DNA of 64,000 nt, from positions 6,820,001 to 6,884,000 of the forward strand of contig CM060734.1 in NCBI GenBank assembly GCA_030704615.1, in the 5' to 3' direction. Source of the DNA: Takakia lepidozioides (taxonomy: Eukaryota > Plantae > Bryophyta). The notes under the pieces were generated by a model. That model was not told the DNA's origin. It was given only the letters and a program-made list of their open reading frames with translations, and ran no database searches. How positions within the stretch are numbered: the stretch's first letter is position 1; the number at the start of each line of letters is the position of its first letter. Below are positions 1 to 13,056 of this stretch, piece by piece. A program made the position numbers and the translations under genes.

Positions 1-7
1 TCGGGCT

Positions 8-1009
8 ATGATTATGCCCTTCAACCAAATTCCCATTGTGTTGGATTTGGCTTGGAAGGAATTTAGTCCGCCACAGTCGTTGGCTCATTACTACCAGATC
101 ATGCGCATTTGGCTGCCAGTGGCGACTAGGACTAAGGTTCTTCCGAACAATCGACCCATTGAGGATCATCACTTTGCGAGGTACTGGTCTGAAGCAGGTA
201 CCATGTTGAAAGAATTAATTGCCTTCCAAGTTGTACATGGGTACATTTATACCAAAACCAAGGAGGTATTAAGTATTGTCATGGGCTGTGGATTATACTA
301 TGCTGCTTGTTTTCTGGCACATTATCACATTGAGCAACAGAAGATGCAATCGCGATTTCTGAGTTATTCCAGTGGGGATCATTGGGTCTTACCTTCAGTG
401 CCACCTCATATGTACCTATATGATGCAAAAGTTATGATGCAGAAGGATTCCCAACTTCGTTCATGGTTTCATTCGGCTTGGAACAATTTGACAACACAGA
501 AATTCGGCCCTGAAGATATTTTCTTTAAGGGACATGAGGCATGGAAATACTTGCACTGTTCCCAAGTCATTGGCACACCTCTTACCTATATAGATAAGGA
601 ATTCATGACGTTCACTAATTTTGCATGCCAGCGCTTACAACAAGTTGTACAATTTAAACTTCCAGATATGGTTGGACAACATTGTATGCCACACAGGATT
701 CCACTTAAAGTTCGGCCGTTAAAACACCTGAGGGGCGACGAGGATTCTGATACTACTGTTTCTTCAGCGGACTCTTTTGACATGGCAGAGGACTATGTAC
801 TTCAGATGGCAGAGAAGAAACGACGGGGATCTCCTATGCCTGAAAGGTTACCTCGTTATCAGCCAAAGGAGGGCCAGACATTTCCAGGTAGTGCTCAATC
901 ATCTCCGTCAACCAGTGACAGGATTCGGGCTCGCACACGGAGTCCTTCACGAGACTCTCATCGTCGGAAGGGTGCTCACTCACAAAGGTTTGCTAATCCC
1001 AAACAGTAA
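8..1009 (+). CDS. 3' accessory ORF of an LTR retrotransposon (5'-truncated by window edge), function unknown
   Basis: 333-codon ORF ending in an S/R-rich low-complexity tail. It is followed directly by a polypurine tract (gagagagagaggggtaaa, 1031-1048) and a TG-starting LTR-like segment. Confidence 0.55.
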   Translation: MIMPFNQIPIVLDLAWKEFSPPQSLAHYYQIMRIWLPVATRTKVLPNNRPIEDHHFARYWSEAGTMLKELIAFQVVHGYIYTKTKEVLSIVMGCGLYYAACFLAHYHIEQQKMQSRFLSYSSGDHWVLPSVPPHMYLYDAKVMMQKDSQLRSWFHSAWNNLTTQKFGPEDIFFKGHEAWKYLHCSQVIGTPLTYIDKEFMTFTNFACQRLQQVVQFKLPDMVGQHCMPHRIPLKVRPLKHLRGDEDSDTTVSSADSFDMAEDYVLQMAEKKRRGSPMPERLPRYQPKEGQTFPGSAQSSPSTSDRIRARTRSPSRDSHRRKGAHSQRFANPKQ

Positions 1010-1048
1010 ACCGTGATGACACGGCTTTTTGAGAGAGAGAGGGGTAAA

Positions 1049-2064
1049 TGTTAGAGGGCTGATTGGGACTTAGACGCTTTTACGGGTTCTGTGGGGTACC
1101 CTTAATTTTTGCGCAGACTGAGACCAACAGGAGCCTTAGGGGTGGCAGCAGCAGGCTTTAGGGGGGTTACACAGCCCGACACAGCTTTACACAGCCAGCC
1201 CGACATAGGCCAACACAGCCAGTCACAGGCCGACACAGCCCAACACAGCCAGTCACAGCCCGACACAGCTTCGCACAGCCCAACACAGCCGACACAGCCA
1301 GTCACAGCCCGACACAGCCTTACACAGCCAGTCACAGCTCGGCACAGCTTGACACAGCCTGTCACAGTACATGGGGAACAGTTATCATGGGCAGGGAACG
1401 ACTATGAGGGAACGACATCTGCAGAAGGAACGTGTTACTACAGGGATGACGGTTAATTAGTTAGGTGGTTAGAACAGCTTGCGGGCAGATAAGGGGAGCG
1501 GCAACGGAAAGAGGGGACACTTCACGGGGAGCGTTTCTTGGTCATGGAAGAGAGGAGATCAGGCGGAGAGCAAGAATGAGAGCACGGAGAAGGAGGAGAG
1601 ATGAACAATAGATGCTTGTTACATGCAAAGCTGTAGTGAAACTGTAGGGCAGATTAGAGTCACCATGGCATTGGCCTGATACCTGATAAATCATAATCTG
1701 ATACTTATTCGATACAAGCACACTGTGTAGAGAGATATGAGTGAAGCTGTGAAATGAATGCATGATTAATTGGAATTAAGTAGATATTGAAGCAATCTGA
1801 TGCTTCAGTATCAGATAAGGTGAATTGATAACATGAAGGCAAGAAGAAATACAAATGTGAAGCACAACCATGATTCACTAGCTGTAGGTCATGACTGATT
1901 GTACTGAGCGGGCTGAGTGCTTAGAAATATCCAACTCTTTTATCTTGGAGTTTCCACCTCAGATAACGAAGGGATGGGTGAGTAAAAGCCGTTCGACAAA
2001 GCTCTCCATCTACATTGTAGTTTTATCCGTGGACTTTAAATACCAAAAGGATAAAAGGCCTACA
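1049..2064 (+). mobile_element. Probable 3' LTR containing CACAGCC-type short repeats
   Basis: Starts TGTTAG right after the PPT; plausible CA end at ...ggcctaca (2064); repeats at 1168-1368. The partner LTR is outside the window, so the right end is approximate. Confidence 0.5.
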
Positions 2065-4067
2065 ATCTCTCCTCCCAGACCAAGAATGAACAATGGTGAA
2101 GCATAAATCATGCTAGGCAAAACAGAGTACTAATCAGTTTCTAGGTTACCTTTTAGCTTGTCAACATAGCCTTCACACAAGTGGACACGCATGAGCATAG
2201 AAATTATAAGTGTTCTTCAGCCAATGGCAGCAAATTGTTGCACATCATTTCACCCTATTAGCCAAATTTAACCAGGGAAGGATCCTTGTTCGAGGAACCT
2301 TATCATGATGTGAGTCAACTTACTGGTTTCAAAATCAATTCTCCAAGGGTATGAATCAGTACGTGACACTCTTTCCAAGCCGTATCAACGTTGCTGGAAG
2401 ATACATAATGGGAGAAGCTAGTGAAATCACCACATTGTATGACTGATTCACCGGTCTATTCCAGCCATATATTACACTTGGGCAATTTTTAGTGGTGCTA
2501 CAAAGGGCGAGGCCACATACAAGAGAAGCATAAAAGCATATGAGCCAGTAGGTATCTAAAAGTGACATGAGGCATCGGCTACAGGGGACAAGCTAAACGG
2601 AGTAATGTACATTGACCGGATCATGTAGAAGGTGTACACATATACTCAATTATGCTGTCTGACCAGGGCCTAGCTCACAATATCAGCTTTCAGGTCTACC
2701 TTAGAAACTCTGTGCTTATGATGCCTTTCTCTCCAAGCTCTCTTGTTGGACACCTGGATCATACCTTACTCGTATTCCATGGCTTTGAGCCCATTACTCC
2801 AATCTGGAGTGCCCCCTCGCTAGAACTCCCTTGGCTTTGAGTTTATCACTCCAGTTCGGAGTGTACTTGCTACCCTTCTGTCAAAGCCAAATAAAGGTTA
2901 GTACCTCAACATGAGAAAGATGGAACAAGAAAGGAGAGGGGTAGATGGTGTGTACAAACACCACATAAGTACACTGGTCGATAGAAGAGAGGGAAGATAT
3001 TAATGTCATGTCAAGACGCATACAAGACCAGTAGGGTCATTGTCAATTAAAAGACATCATCAGCCCTTTACGTGGCACCATCTAACACCTCCTTCCATGC
3101 GCATCTCCTCAAATGATTGAACTGTAGATTTCAGAGTACATGAAATCTCAGGGTGGGAGGGTGGGGGGGTTTTTCTTCTTAAAGGCCATTCATCATTGAA
3201 AGAGACCATCAACCCCCTTGCTTTATACCATTTGCAACAGCTCAGTTGGATCTGAGAGGGCTGCCTGAGAAAGTCTTCAATTCAAAGTCTTCATTTCATA
3301 AGAAAACAGTCCTATGCCATGAGCAGTTATGAAATAGTTTCCAGCATCAGCTTACATACCTTGTCGGCATGATAGAACCACTAGACGTACACATGTGTTA
3401 AGAGCTTGCAAACAAGGTAGGTGTCGAAGAAATCCGTCACCATAGATTCATGCCCTTGAGTCTCAAACAATTGAAGTAAGAATCTTTTCAATGCCTTACC
3501 CATACGAACTTGTATCAAGTGTCTTTTTGAGCAAAGAGTCATTTGAACATACCAGTTTTGTATGTTACAGACCTTCTTAAGCCTGGATTCGGTTTTCCAG
3601 AACTTAGTAGCATGGACAAGAATCAGATTAACATCATGCATTTACATGAGAATATCTGCACTCTAAGATCCATCATCATAGATTCTGCCCTTTAAAGCTG
3701 AGGCTTAAATAGTTATGCAATTTCAAGTATGGAGATCTAAGCCAGAACAAATGAAGTGGCCCTGCTTACTGCCCCATGACCAGGTTTAAGTCTGGAGCTA
3801 GACAATGTATCACAACGTAGCGATACCAAGGCCGTAGCATAACTAAGGCATGCTTAAGAAACCAGACTCAAAACCAGTCTGTAAATGCTTAAAGGAGCAT
3901 TAATAGAATGTCTGATTTCTAAAAAGCTCTTGGGATGTGCTGAGCTGTCCAACAGCTGCAATGAAGGGAAAGGAGGCCCATGCCTCCATTATTCTGACAG
4001 GGAAAAAGCCACGTGGGCGGTGTGGATGATTCCAGGTCTTGGGTTCCTCGGATCTCTTCCTTTTTTT

Positions 4068-4913
4068 TTAGGAGTGCCAGTACTTCCTTTCCAAGATGTC
4101 TGTTTCCGTTTCCTGTTCGGCAGTCTCCATCGCAGCAGCCTCCAAGGTGTGAATGTTTTGAAGTTCATCAGTGACAATGTTCACTGGATGAGTAGAGCCA
4201 TAGCCCCCTTCAGTGTTTGTTTCCTTGTTGTGCCGTTTGGTATTTGGACAATCTGCCTTCACGTGGCCTTCGCCATTGCAAATGAAGCATATTACCGCCA
4301 GCGTTTCTTCCTTTATAGCCACCACGATGAAGGAGTCATCCAGTGTGGGCAGCTTGATGGATGAGGCGATTGCAGCTATTTCGGGCATGAGGACAACCAA
4401 TTTAGGAACACCATTGTCTTTGTTGTAATCAAAGTGTATGGAGTCGTTATCAACGCTTAGAATGTGGTCTTGCATGGGTTCATAGACGTTAAAAGTTCCA
4501 AAGCTTGCACCAATTTCTGCCAACGAGGTCAGATAGGTGGGAGGAAGGTAAGGGATGGCAATAACTGTAGGTCTCCAGAGTAAGCCCTGCCTGTGCCCCC
4601 AGTCATGGGTCCATGGAAAAATGAACACTTTAGCTGCAGACTGCTGTGTGTTGAAGCGGAGTGCTTTTTCCATCTCCGTGGGGGAGCAGAAAAGCACTGC
4701 GTAGAACCCTCTGCCCATGGACATACAGAAATGTTGCGCCAGTCCGCCTTCAGCACCAAGGTGCTCCACAATCCACCTCCGAGTCCAAGTTCTGGAGCGC
4801 AATTTACCAGGGAAGTAGATAAGTATACCTCTTTGGTTTAGCTTCAACGCTTGCACTTTCATTTTGTCTTTGTCCAGGGTGAGAATCGGCTGCTCGGATT
4901 GCACTGCGAGCAC
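4068..4913 (-). mobile_element. LINE ORF1 (gag-like, DUF4283-type region plus CCHC zinc knuckle), ORF2 absent
   Basis: SMGRGFYAVLF...VFIFPW motif and CFICNGEGHVKADC knuckle; clearly paralogous to the ORF at 31014-31709 (RGILxxFPG, GRGF). Confidence 0.75.
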
Positions 4914-5114
4914 CGTATCCTCCCAAGGTGCTTCTGGCGATAATGGAGATGGGGGGGGGCTGCACCGAAGAACAGGGCCTTTTCCAAGGATGGAACCTCC
5001 CCAGCCTTCCGCGGAATTCTAGCCCATATCTGAGACTGGCCTCTGCTGCCACGAGAAGCCCCCTCCTCTTTTCCCTCTTTTTTCGAGAGTCCATGCTTGA
5101 CCTTAACAACAAGT

Positions 5115-5232
5115 CAAGTAAGAAGTAAGTACGAGATAAGGATAAAGATAAAGTTTCTTTAACGTCCAGTGAATTTACAGAGCCTACTGCTCAACACACA
5201 GGCCATCGAGGGCCCAATGGACGGTCTGAAGG
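5115..5232 (-). mobile_element. 5'-truncated copy of the SINE at 8428-8640
   Basis: 5158-5232 is identical to 8481-8555 and has a similar AGATA/AAGTA-type simple-repeat tail. Confidence 0.7.
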
Positions 5233-6016
5233 GAGTCTTAAATCATCAAAGAAGAGTGAGGCGGAGGGCAGTAGAGGAGGGAGAATAGGATGCAATGAAG
5301 GCCACGTAAGGAAGCTATCACAAGCAGATACCGGTCTCCCTGGGTCTTAGGGATGAGACCGCTTGCAGAGCCCTTAGAATCGCTCTTCTGCAGTACAAGT
5401 TGTGAGTCTGCGAAGTGGCGCTTTCAGCAATGACAATAGTAGAAGAAGGGGTGGAGAGACTCCATCGTTAGCTGCGAAGAACAAGTACAGAGTGTGAACT
5501 TGGTCCTAGTGTAGATAGCAAAGAGGGGGGAGGTTTTGAATACCCCCTGATGCCTTTTGTTCTCGAGATTGGGAATGGAGGCGTAAGTGTAATGGTGGCA
5601 GAGCAGCTCGTAGGGATGCAGCGTGCTTGTCGGCTCTCTTAGACACAGGCGTCATTTTTGGAGGCCTCGGGAAGTAAAGCACGCAGCATTCCTGTCATGT
5701 GGTTAAGTGTTTCCCTTTCAGATTGGCAGAAACATGATCTGCGCCGCATTTGGGCAAAACTCGCTAAGTCCCTAACCCCCTCACCGCGACTTGCGGAGCT
5801 CAAGATCTGACATCCTCATAAAATCCTCTGTTTTCTCTCCGCCGGCCAGCTTACTTGTATGGCCAAGCACTTCGGCTTTGGGTATCTGAAGTTATTTCTT
5901 ATTGTTTTACTTGTTGCTAGGGACATCACCTCTTTTTGTATTCTGCTCTCTTTATCGCATAAGCTGTTTGAGCTCCATTAGAAACATCCTTGGCATTTGG
6001 GTGTGTGGTGGAAGCA

Positions 6017-7990
6017 AACTTTCTGGAACTGGCAGCGCAATTCGGCATGGTTACCAAGTTTGCTAGCGCATTCCCACTTGTTGCAATATTCGCTCTCATT
6101 GTGAGAAGTCTTTTTCCTCTCGGTATTTGGCATGAAAAAGACGGATTGATGCATTTTAGACTGCTCTATTGACAGTCAACCAGCTTACGCTTTTATATTG
6201 ACAGCTTTGGCACTGGTGAAGTGGAGTATAATTGTAACTTATGTAATCGCTCTCCTATACAGCTGAATTTTGGGAGGCTTGAAACACATGGAATATAGGA
6301 GTCGGTAGACACCATAAACTGGAGAAGTCTTTGGTTTGACATAGTTGTTGTTCTCTTGTAGTTTAAAATCTTCGAAAAGTTGTGTCAGTGTTTCTGGGGA
6401 ATGGAAAATAGAGAACATAGCTGTGTTTTAGCTATTCCCAGAACTTCTGAGCAACGAGGAAGGAAACTACTCCAAGATTTCGAACAGTCCTGGGGCAAAG
6501 GCAACCTACTCTGCACCTGTCTTCCCGACCTTCGTGTTCAATGGCAAGACAACACCCCCCCTCAATGGCAAGTCCCCTGGTGAGGGAGAAGAGGGGGACT
6601 TCAACTGGCGTCACAAAAGAGCAAGAGACACAAAGTTGAGAACACAGCTCAAGTTCTGAGACTGACTACCTGGATGTTTGGGGTCCTGATCTTAGTTCTT
6701 TCAGCTTCTGTTGAGATGACCATCAACTTGGTTCCACTGCTTTGTGATCTAATCCCAGGTTCAAGCTGCTGAAAGCCAGTCTTGCGCAGATATTCACACC
6801 TCCTCCACCCAAGTAAACCTCGTTTCTTACCATGTAGTAACCTCTACCCCCCGCCCTTTTGTCTAAGCCGTACAAACAGCGTTCATCACCTCCTCTCTCT
6901 CCACATTTCTTAGCTTTCTCATAGTTGCACCGTTTCATTAGCTAGTTTGCTACGGTTTCGGGGAAGTTTCCCTGCAGTAAGCCTTCACGGCCTTTTGCAG
7001 TGGTTATTTTTTCCACTAAAATGTGACCTTCTTATTTTATTAATTTGATTAAGAGGACCACTGTCCCTTTCTCTAGAAATTTAAAAATAAAAAATAAAAA
7101 ATAGAGATTGGGATAGTGGGTTCAAATGGAGGGACAGAATAATTTGGTGGAGATACGGTCCGACTCCTTGAAACTTTTGGCTACGATAAGTTATGACAAG
7201 CATGCAGTTGCCACAATTGGTGCTTGGCTTGCCATTTTCCAGGTTGATGCAAGCGCATGCATTTCCCTTGCTCTTTTGCTTCAGCTGTCTGTCTTGTTGA
7301 GTGGGTGCTTGATTGGGTTTTAAGATTACACAATGCTATAGGAGTAGCATTTGTATATTACAAAGAAGTAAAAATTCTCTTTTGCGGATCTAAAGGTATG
7401 ATACTCTGAATGTGTGCAGAATCTAGGGGTGGTGGCAATTATGACCAACTGCGCACTGCTAGTGTGCTTGTATGATGACGCGAGGCATTGGAAGATGGAA
7501 TCCGGGCTTGCTGCAATCTTGATACTATGACATCTGCTGCTGCTGGCCAAATTTGGCTTTTCTTGGTTTGTACCTGAGGTTCGTCTTTTCGCATTTACCA
7601 CCTTCCTTTTCCTACAGTCTTCTGTTTGGCCTGCAGTCCTTTCTTTCTATCCTACACTCACCGTACAATTTCCCTCTCTCTCTCATGCAACTATCCACCC
7701 ATGCCACACCATTGCTGTAACAGCGATGTTACCTTATGACAACATTTTGTTCTTTTTCTATGGAGCATACTTTCTGGCGGGACTGAGGTGAGCTCCGGTT
7801 GGATGGATGGCACAGGAACCCGCTTGGATCAAAGCCAAGCGCATCAAGCAAGGGCATGTCCACAATGTCTTATCAAACCGGATGCTCAAGACTTTTGACC
7901 CCAACAAAGAAATCTCCAGAAATAACAGAGATTTTTCGAAGGACATCCAAGCAACAATGTGATTTTGCATCCAGATGTGGTGGACCCTGT
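6017..7990 (+). pseudogene. Anoctamin-like (TMEM16 family) 3' exons, degenerate
   Basis: Exon translations [77 protein letters not shown] and EPAWIKA resemble plant anoctamin-like C-termini. In-frame TGA near 7528; 5' exons not seen. Confidence 0.75.
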
Positions 7991-8427
7991 CTTGATTTTG
8001 GTAGCTTGTTGTGTGACTAATGATTTTCCTGTTGATGTAAAGATGTTGAATCTTCAAAAACTGGAAATATGTTGAATCCCTTTTACAGAACTTCCTTTCA
8101 TAACAGGCCGTGCCTTCGATACGTAGCATTCTCAGCAGATTGTACATGACATTTCGCACCAATCAACAACAATCCCAAAGATGTGACAAAGGATAGTCAA
8201 ATCTCAACACATCACATTGTGAAACATTACAAATCACAAATCATATATTCTCCAATATCAAAATTCTTGCGATTGAGTTCTTGAGAGTTTGAGGAGTTGG
8301 CTTTCCGTCCGAGATAAGCCCTAAGTAACCGCGCTATGGGTGTGGCAAGAGTGGCAGATGTGTAAAAAGACACAGTGCATGGATTTCGCGAATGGGAAAC
8401 GCAGATGGTTAATCCACCTGGACTCTT

Positions 8428-8640
8428 TGCAAAGTAAAGTAAAGTAAAGTTTGTTTTGCAAAGATAAGATAAGATAAAGTTTTAACGTCCAGTGAATTTA
8501 CAGAGCCTACTGCTCAACACACAGGCCATCGAGGGCCCAATGGACGGTCTGAAGGCACATGTTGAAGGATTGAACCCAGGATCACCTAGGTTATGCACAG
8601 GCAAGGCACAAACACCCTGCTCAAAGAAAGGACATTGAGA
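8428..8640 (-). mobile_element. tRNA-derived SINE
   Basis: Pol III B-box GGTTCAATCC on minus (8567-8576); 3' tail of (CTTAT)n/(CTTTA)n; second truncated copy at 5115-5232. Confidence 0.65.
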
Positions 8641-8682
8641 AGGGCACACATTCTTCCCGCGGGCCCTTACTCTGTACATCAC

Positions 8683-8945
8683 TCTTTCTTCATTTCCTGC
8701 CAGGTCTAGTTATCCTTGGCTGAAGAGCGGAGGCTGGGTTTGCGAATAATTGTGTTGTGAGAATTTTTCATCTGTCTGCTTCTTCACTGGCAACAGCATT
8801 CCCGTGGACCCTTGATTCTCCCCATCTCTCTTTCCTCCTTCCCTGGGACTTTTAGTTATCCTCGGGGCTGAAGAGAGTGGAGGCTGAGTTTACAATTTGT
8901 GTTGCGGGTTTTTCATCTGTTTGCTTCTTCACCGCTAACAAGCTG
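8683..8945. repeat. Two diverged ~145-bp tandem copies upstream of the SAP gene
   Basis: tagttatcct..gctgaagag..gaggctg..ttgtgttg..tttttcatctgt.tgcttcttcac occurs twice. Confidence 0.7.
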
Positions 8946-9371
8946 TGGGCATTCCAGCTTTTTACATCGTCTTACCTGCATTGGCCTCCGGAGCTTTTGT
9001 CTTCACGGTGTCTGGTTCCCTCCTTTCCCGCAATTCTTTGTCTATGTCGCCTTCATTCCTTTTCCTCATGAGTTTTATACTATAGTCTTCTGGGCTGGGC
9101 TAATTTTCTTCTTACAGCATCTGTTCATAGAAAGGTTGGCCTGCCTTGTAAGGCAATCCATTTTCAAAGATCGAGGCTTGAGGTTCTGCATTGTGTCTTT
9201 ACTGGGCGGTATTCTTTCGTCTGTGTCTGTGCATTCTCCTTCCATATGTCCCTCTTACCACAGCGTCCTCCTCCATTCTAACTCAGGGAGAATCTTAAGA
9301 CCTTGGGGCTGCTGGAGGAAAAGCATTTTCCTCTCCAGAATTCCACAGGAGGAACTTGTTGCTGCGTTTAC

Positions 9372-10031
9372 ATGTCGACTGTGTGGAAGAAGATGAAGGT
9401 GCAAACTCTAAGGGAGGAGTTGGCTAACAGAGGCTTGGATACCTCAGGTCTGAAGTCCTTATTAATTGAACGTCTAAAAAACTTCTCTCCCAAGGAGGAT
9501 GGCACCGATGGAGTGGTGACCCCAGAAGAAGTGGCAGGAAAGGACACCAATGGAATTGCAGGTGGTGAGATTGGCAAGGCATCGGAAGTTTTCGGGGCAG
9601 TGACTGGTGCAGATGTCTCCGCCGCTACCGTTGAGGCGCCCTCAGTCGCCGTCAAAAGCACTGGACAGGGTAGAACAGTGCCAACAGACCATGCAAAAGC
9701 TCAAGAAATGAACGGCGGAGGGGTAGCGGCGCCCCTCTCAGATTTAGAGAAGAAACAAAGACGCGCTGAACGGTTTAAAACGCAACTGAAAGTCTCTGAG
9801 GCAGAAAAGCTGGGACTACGGGCTGCTAGGTTCGGTAATGGAGAAAAGAAAGAATCGGCGACTCCAATGGCACTGAGCCCAACAAGTGCTGATGCAGAGG
9901 CCGCAAAGAGGAAGGCTCGGACAGAGAGATTTGGAATTGTGACAAACAGCGGTGGTAAAGTACCATTATCGGCCGAGGAGGAGGCGAAGAAGAAGGCACG
10001 CCTAGCAAGATTTGCCACTGCCACAAAATGA
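9372..10031 (+). CDS. SAP-domain / Tho1-MOS11 (SARNP/CIP29)-like mRNA export protein, intronless CDS
   Basis: ATG 9372; SAP motif KMKVQTLREELANRGLDTSGLKSLLIERL; C-terminal repeats KKQRRAERF, RAARFG, RKARTERFG, KKKARLARF. Confidence 0.85.
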   Translation: MSTVWKKMKVQTLREELANRGLDTSGLKSLLIERLKNFSPKEDGTDGVVTPEEVAGKDTNGIAGGEIGKASEVFGAVTGADVSAATVEAPSVAVKSTGQGRTVPTDHAKAQEMNGGGVAAPLSDLEKKQRRAERFKTQLKVSEAEKLGLRAARFGNGEKKESATPMALSPTSADAEAAKRKARTERFGIVTNSGGKVPLSAEEEAKKKARLARFATATK

Positions 10032-11349
10032 GGTGTACCATCGGAGGTAAAGAGAACTGCTAACTCCATATCGTTGGCAGCTTGGAGAGAACATTGTGGT
10101 CGTAACAGACAAGTGAGTCTTTGCACGTTGGTAGTGACAGGGGCTGACAAACCAACTGGCTTTAACAGGCGTTCTATATCTTCACTGGCAGCCCTCGAGT
10201 GGAGTACCAGCCCAAGAGAAGAGGCAAGAAACGATGTTGTTGGGCACGCATTTTTGGACATGGGTGGTTGACGACAGTTGGAGGGTGGCTCCATTCTTGT
10301 TTGTGGTCTAGAGGAGAGGGTTTTGTTCCTGTGCCTGGCTGCTTGTTTTGGGTGGGCTACTGAATCATATTATAGCCATACACTGATCAACTAGGGTTTG
10401 TTTGTTTACTCATGATTCCAAGGGTATTCACTACCTTCACAGACCATTTGGAGCCTTACAGTGCAATTGCTGCAACCATGCCTCAATAAACTGATCCTGG
10501 TTGGGTGAGTGGGTGGGGATTGACCCTTTTGGCCATGGCTGCTCGATTTTGTCTAGGTTTTTGAGATCAATGTCTGATTCAAGTATAAATTTTGTGATTC
10601 GGGCAGTTTGTCTGTGCATTTTGCATTTATTTCAGTTCTACCAGTTGCAGAGGGGCGGGGGCAGCACTACGAGGTGTTGCCTAGGAAGTTGGTTGACCAG
10701 GTTGAAGTTGCTGGGGCCAGTGGCACCACCTTGTTGGATGCTGATTTATGAGGATTTTTCTTTGGGCAGGATTGCAATTTTGCATCTCAGGGGTTGGGAG
10801 GAGGCTCCGGAAGGGATTTCTGATACCACTTCTAAGAAATTTGGAATACATATCCCCAAGTGGATACCCAACATTGTTTTCTTCCCTTGTGCTGATCGGC
10901 TGGCCTCTGCTTTAATTGAGTCTCTGGCTTCTCTATGTGGCATACCGCAAGTGACGAAGACAACAGTGCTGCATTCTTTGGGGGGTGGAGGTGATTTGAA
11001 TGTTGGCATGCATCTGGTTGCGGCCTTTCATTGTGTTGTGAGTGAGCTGTCTTTAGACTTTAACTTAGTACAAGCTTTGATGTCCTGGTACAATTATGTT
11101 TCCTCTCTCTTTTGTATCTGACAAACTGATTACTGCTGGGATGTCCATTGTTAGCTTCATTCCTTATGTTCTCAAACAATAAATGTCAGAGCCCTATAAC
11201 AGGATACTTGAGGTAGTCAGTTGATGTATTTGGTAGCGCATTGAGTTTCAGCTATTCCAATCAAATGACAAGGACAAGCTCTCTCTTAGCTTGACACTGT
11301 TCCTTCTGCTGTTCAATATTCTTTGTGTTGCCGAGATGAATTTGTGCAG

Positions 11350-12079
11350 GGTATGGTAAACGGTTATCTCGACATCTCCAGCGTCATTGCATTTTGCTAC
11401 AACACATCAACTTCACTCACGAGAGCATTTTTTGTGTTCCAAGAGGTCGAACTGCAGCAAGCACGATTGGACACGGTTTTACTAAATGACCTGAAATACC
11501 GGCGAATCTCATCATTCTCTCCACTTCTGTCAATGCATGCACACGTCAAGGTCGTTTGTACCCGAGTTGCTTCGCACTGCACACGCAATGGCAGAACTGT
11601 TTCAGACAGTGGTGCTTCGTGCATACTCTCCTATCTCATTTAATGACGGTCTCAAGAAACTGCATGTTGACCTCAATCTAGAGGAATTCAGCATACCTCA
11701 GGCTGCGCCTACCGATGATCCAGACAACTCGCACCATATCGCAAAGCTTTGCTCTAGACTAAGCTTCCTTGCAGGTGGTTCAGCTTGCGTCGCGACTCCT
11801 TATGTTGGAGCCACAATCTACGCAATCTGTGAGGTGCTCTTTTGTTTCCGTTACGTGTTAGAATTGTCAGTGAAGCAGAAATGCTTGAATTGTAAGAGTA
11901 TGTGACTGGCAAATTGTATGTTGCACTTTGAACGTTTCTAAGAATCATTAGAACACCAGACTGACCGTATGAACTTCTGAAACACACTTTGCACTGGTCT
12001 ACTCTGTGTTACCATGTCAACTATATGAAGATCAACAGTCCATCGAGGATTGCCGAAAAGTATGAGGAAAATTCCAGCT
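11350..12079 (+). pseudogene. Exon-like fragment of an unidentified host gene, apparently frameshifted
   Basis: AG acceptor at 11350, overlapping protein-like ORFs (11323-11643, 11537-11905) and a GT donor after ...IYAICE. Family not recognised. Confidence 0.3.
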
Positions 12080-13056
12080 AGTTTCTGCCAATTTTTTCGT
12101 CAGATCGGCTTGTACCAAGTTTTGTTGTTGTTGCTAGAGCAGTATTCTGAATGAATACTGAATGTATAGATCTACATCGATTGGAGACAGGGGAACATGC
12201 TTGGGACATGCAATAAACAATGAGAGAAAGCTTCTCCAGGTTAAACTTTACGAATTTTGGGTTCATAGTAGTTCAATTCAAGTCCTGGTAATCACATGTT
12301 GTGCCTAATCTTTTTCCATGCTTATATTGTTTTCTGGCGCGGTTACGAAGTAGGTAGATTTTTCGTTTCTGCTAGCCAATATCGGCCTTAATTCCAAAGG
12401 CAGCTTGATGTTTGTCACATTATCTGATGGCTTCCAATTTCTGGTGAAGGAGATATCGATTGATAAAGAGGCCGACGACATAATAACTGCCGGGCTTCTG
12501 TTGCGGAAAGCACTGCTGTTTGATCTCCTTTTAAGTTAGTGCTAATCCAACAAGGGTGGATGGCATTGAATGGGGACTTGCTCTTGCACAAGAATCTTGC
12601 CTCCTATGATGAGGGGCAACTAGTTGAAGTAATCTCAATGGTAAACACTTGCTATAAGACAACATCTTAACCTTGGATCTGTGAAGTGCTGCACGCCAAA
12701 CTTTATAATTTGTTGCTGGGAGTCAACCCACAGACCCCCTGCTAATTAATAGGACATGCCTGTGTTATACGAGTGACCGTAATTAGGCTAGGATAAGAAT
12801 AGGTCAGAAGGACATTTTTTGCTCGGTAATCCTATCCCAGATGTCGGGAAGTTTGAGTAATAGAGGCCGTATGTGTTATTTGTACTTGCCATAATTATAC
12901 AGCCAATTCACACAGGTTGTGCAACTTGAGTCCAATGGTCAAATTCTCCTACACGTATCACCGGATCTCATTCGCTTCCGGTGCTTTGAGGTAACATGCT
13001 CCAAGTTCTGGTATTCCCGCATTTTTCATTATGGATTTTCCTTAAATCTAGTTTAA

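Noticed and set aside
2100-3880. Short ORFs and possible exon remnants
   Set aside because: No recognisable motifs or consistent splice structure.
10437-11121. 206-aa ORF and opposite-strand ORFs
   Set aside because: Non-ATG start, no motif, consistent with chance ORFs in 3' flanking sequence.
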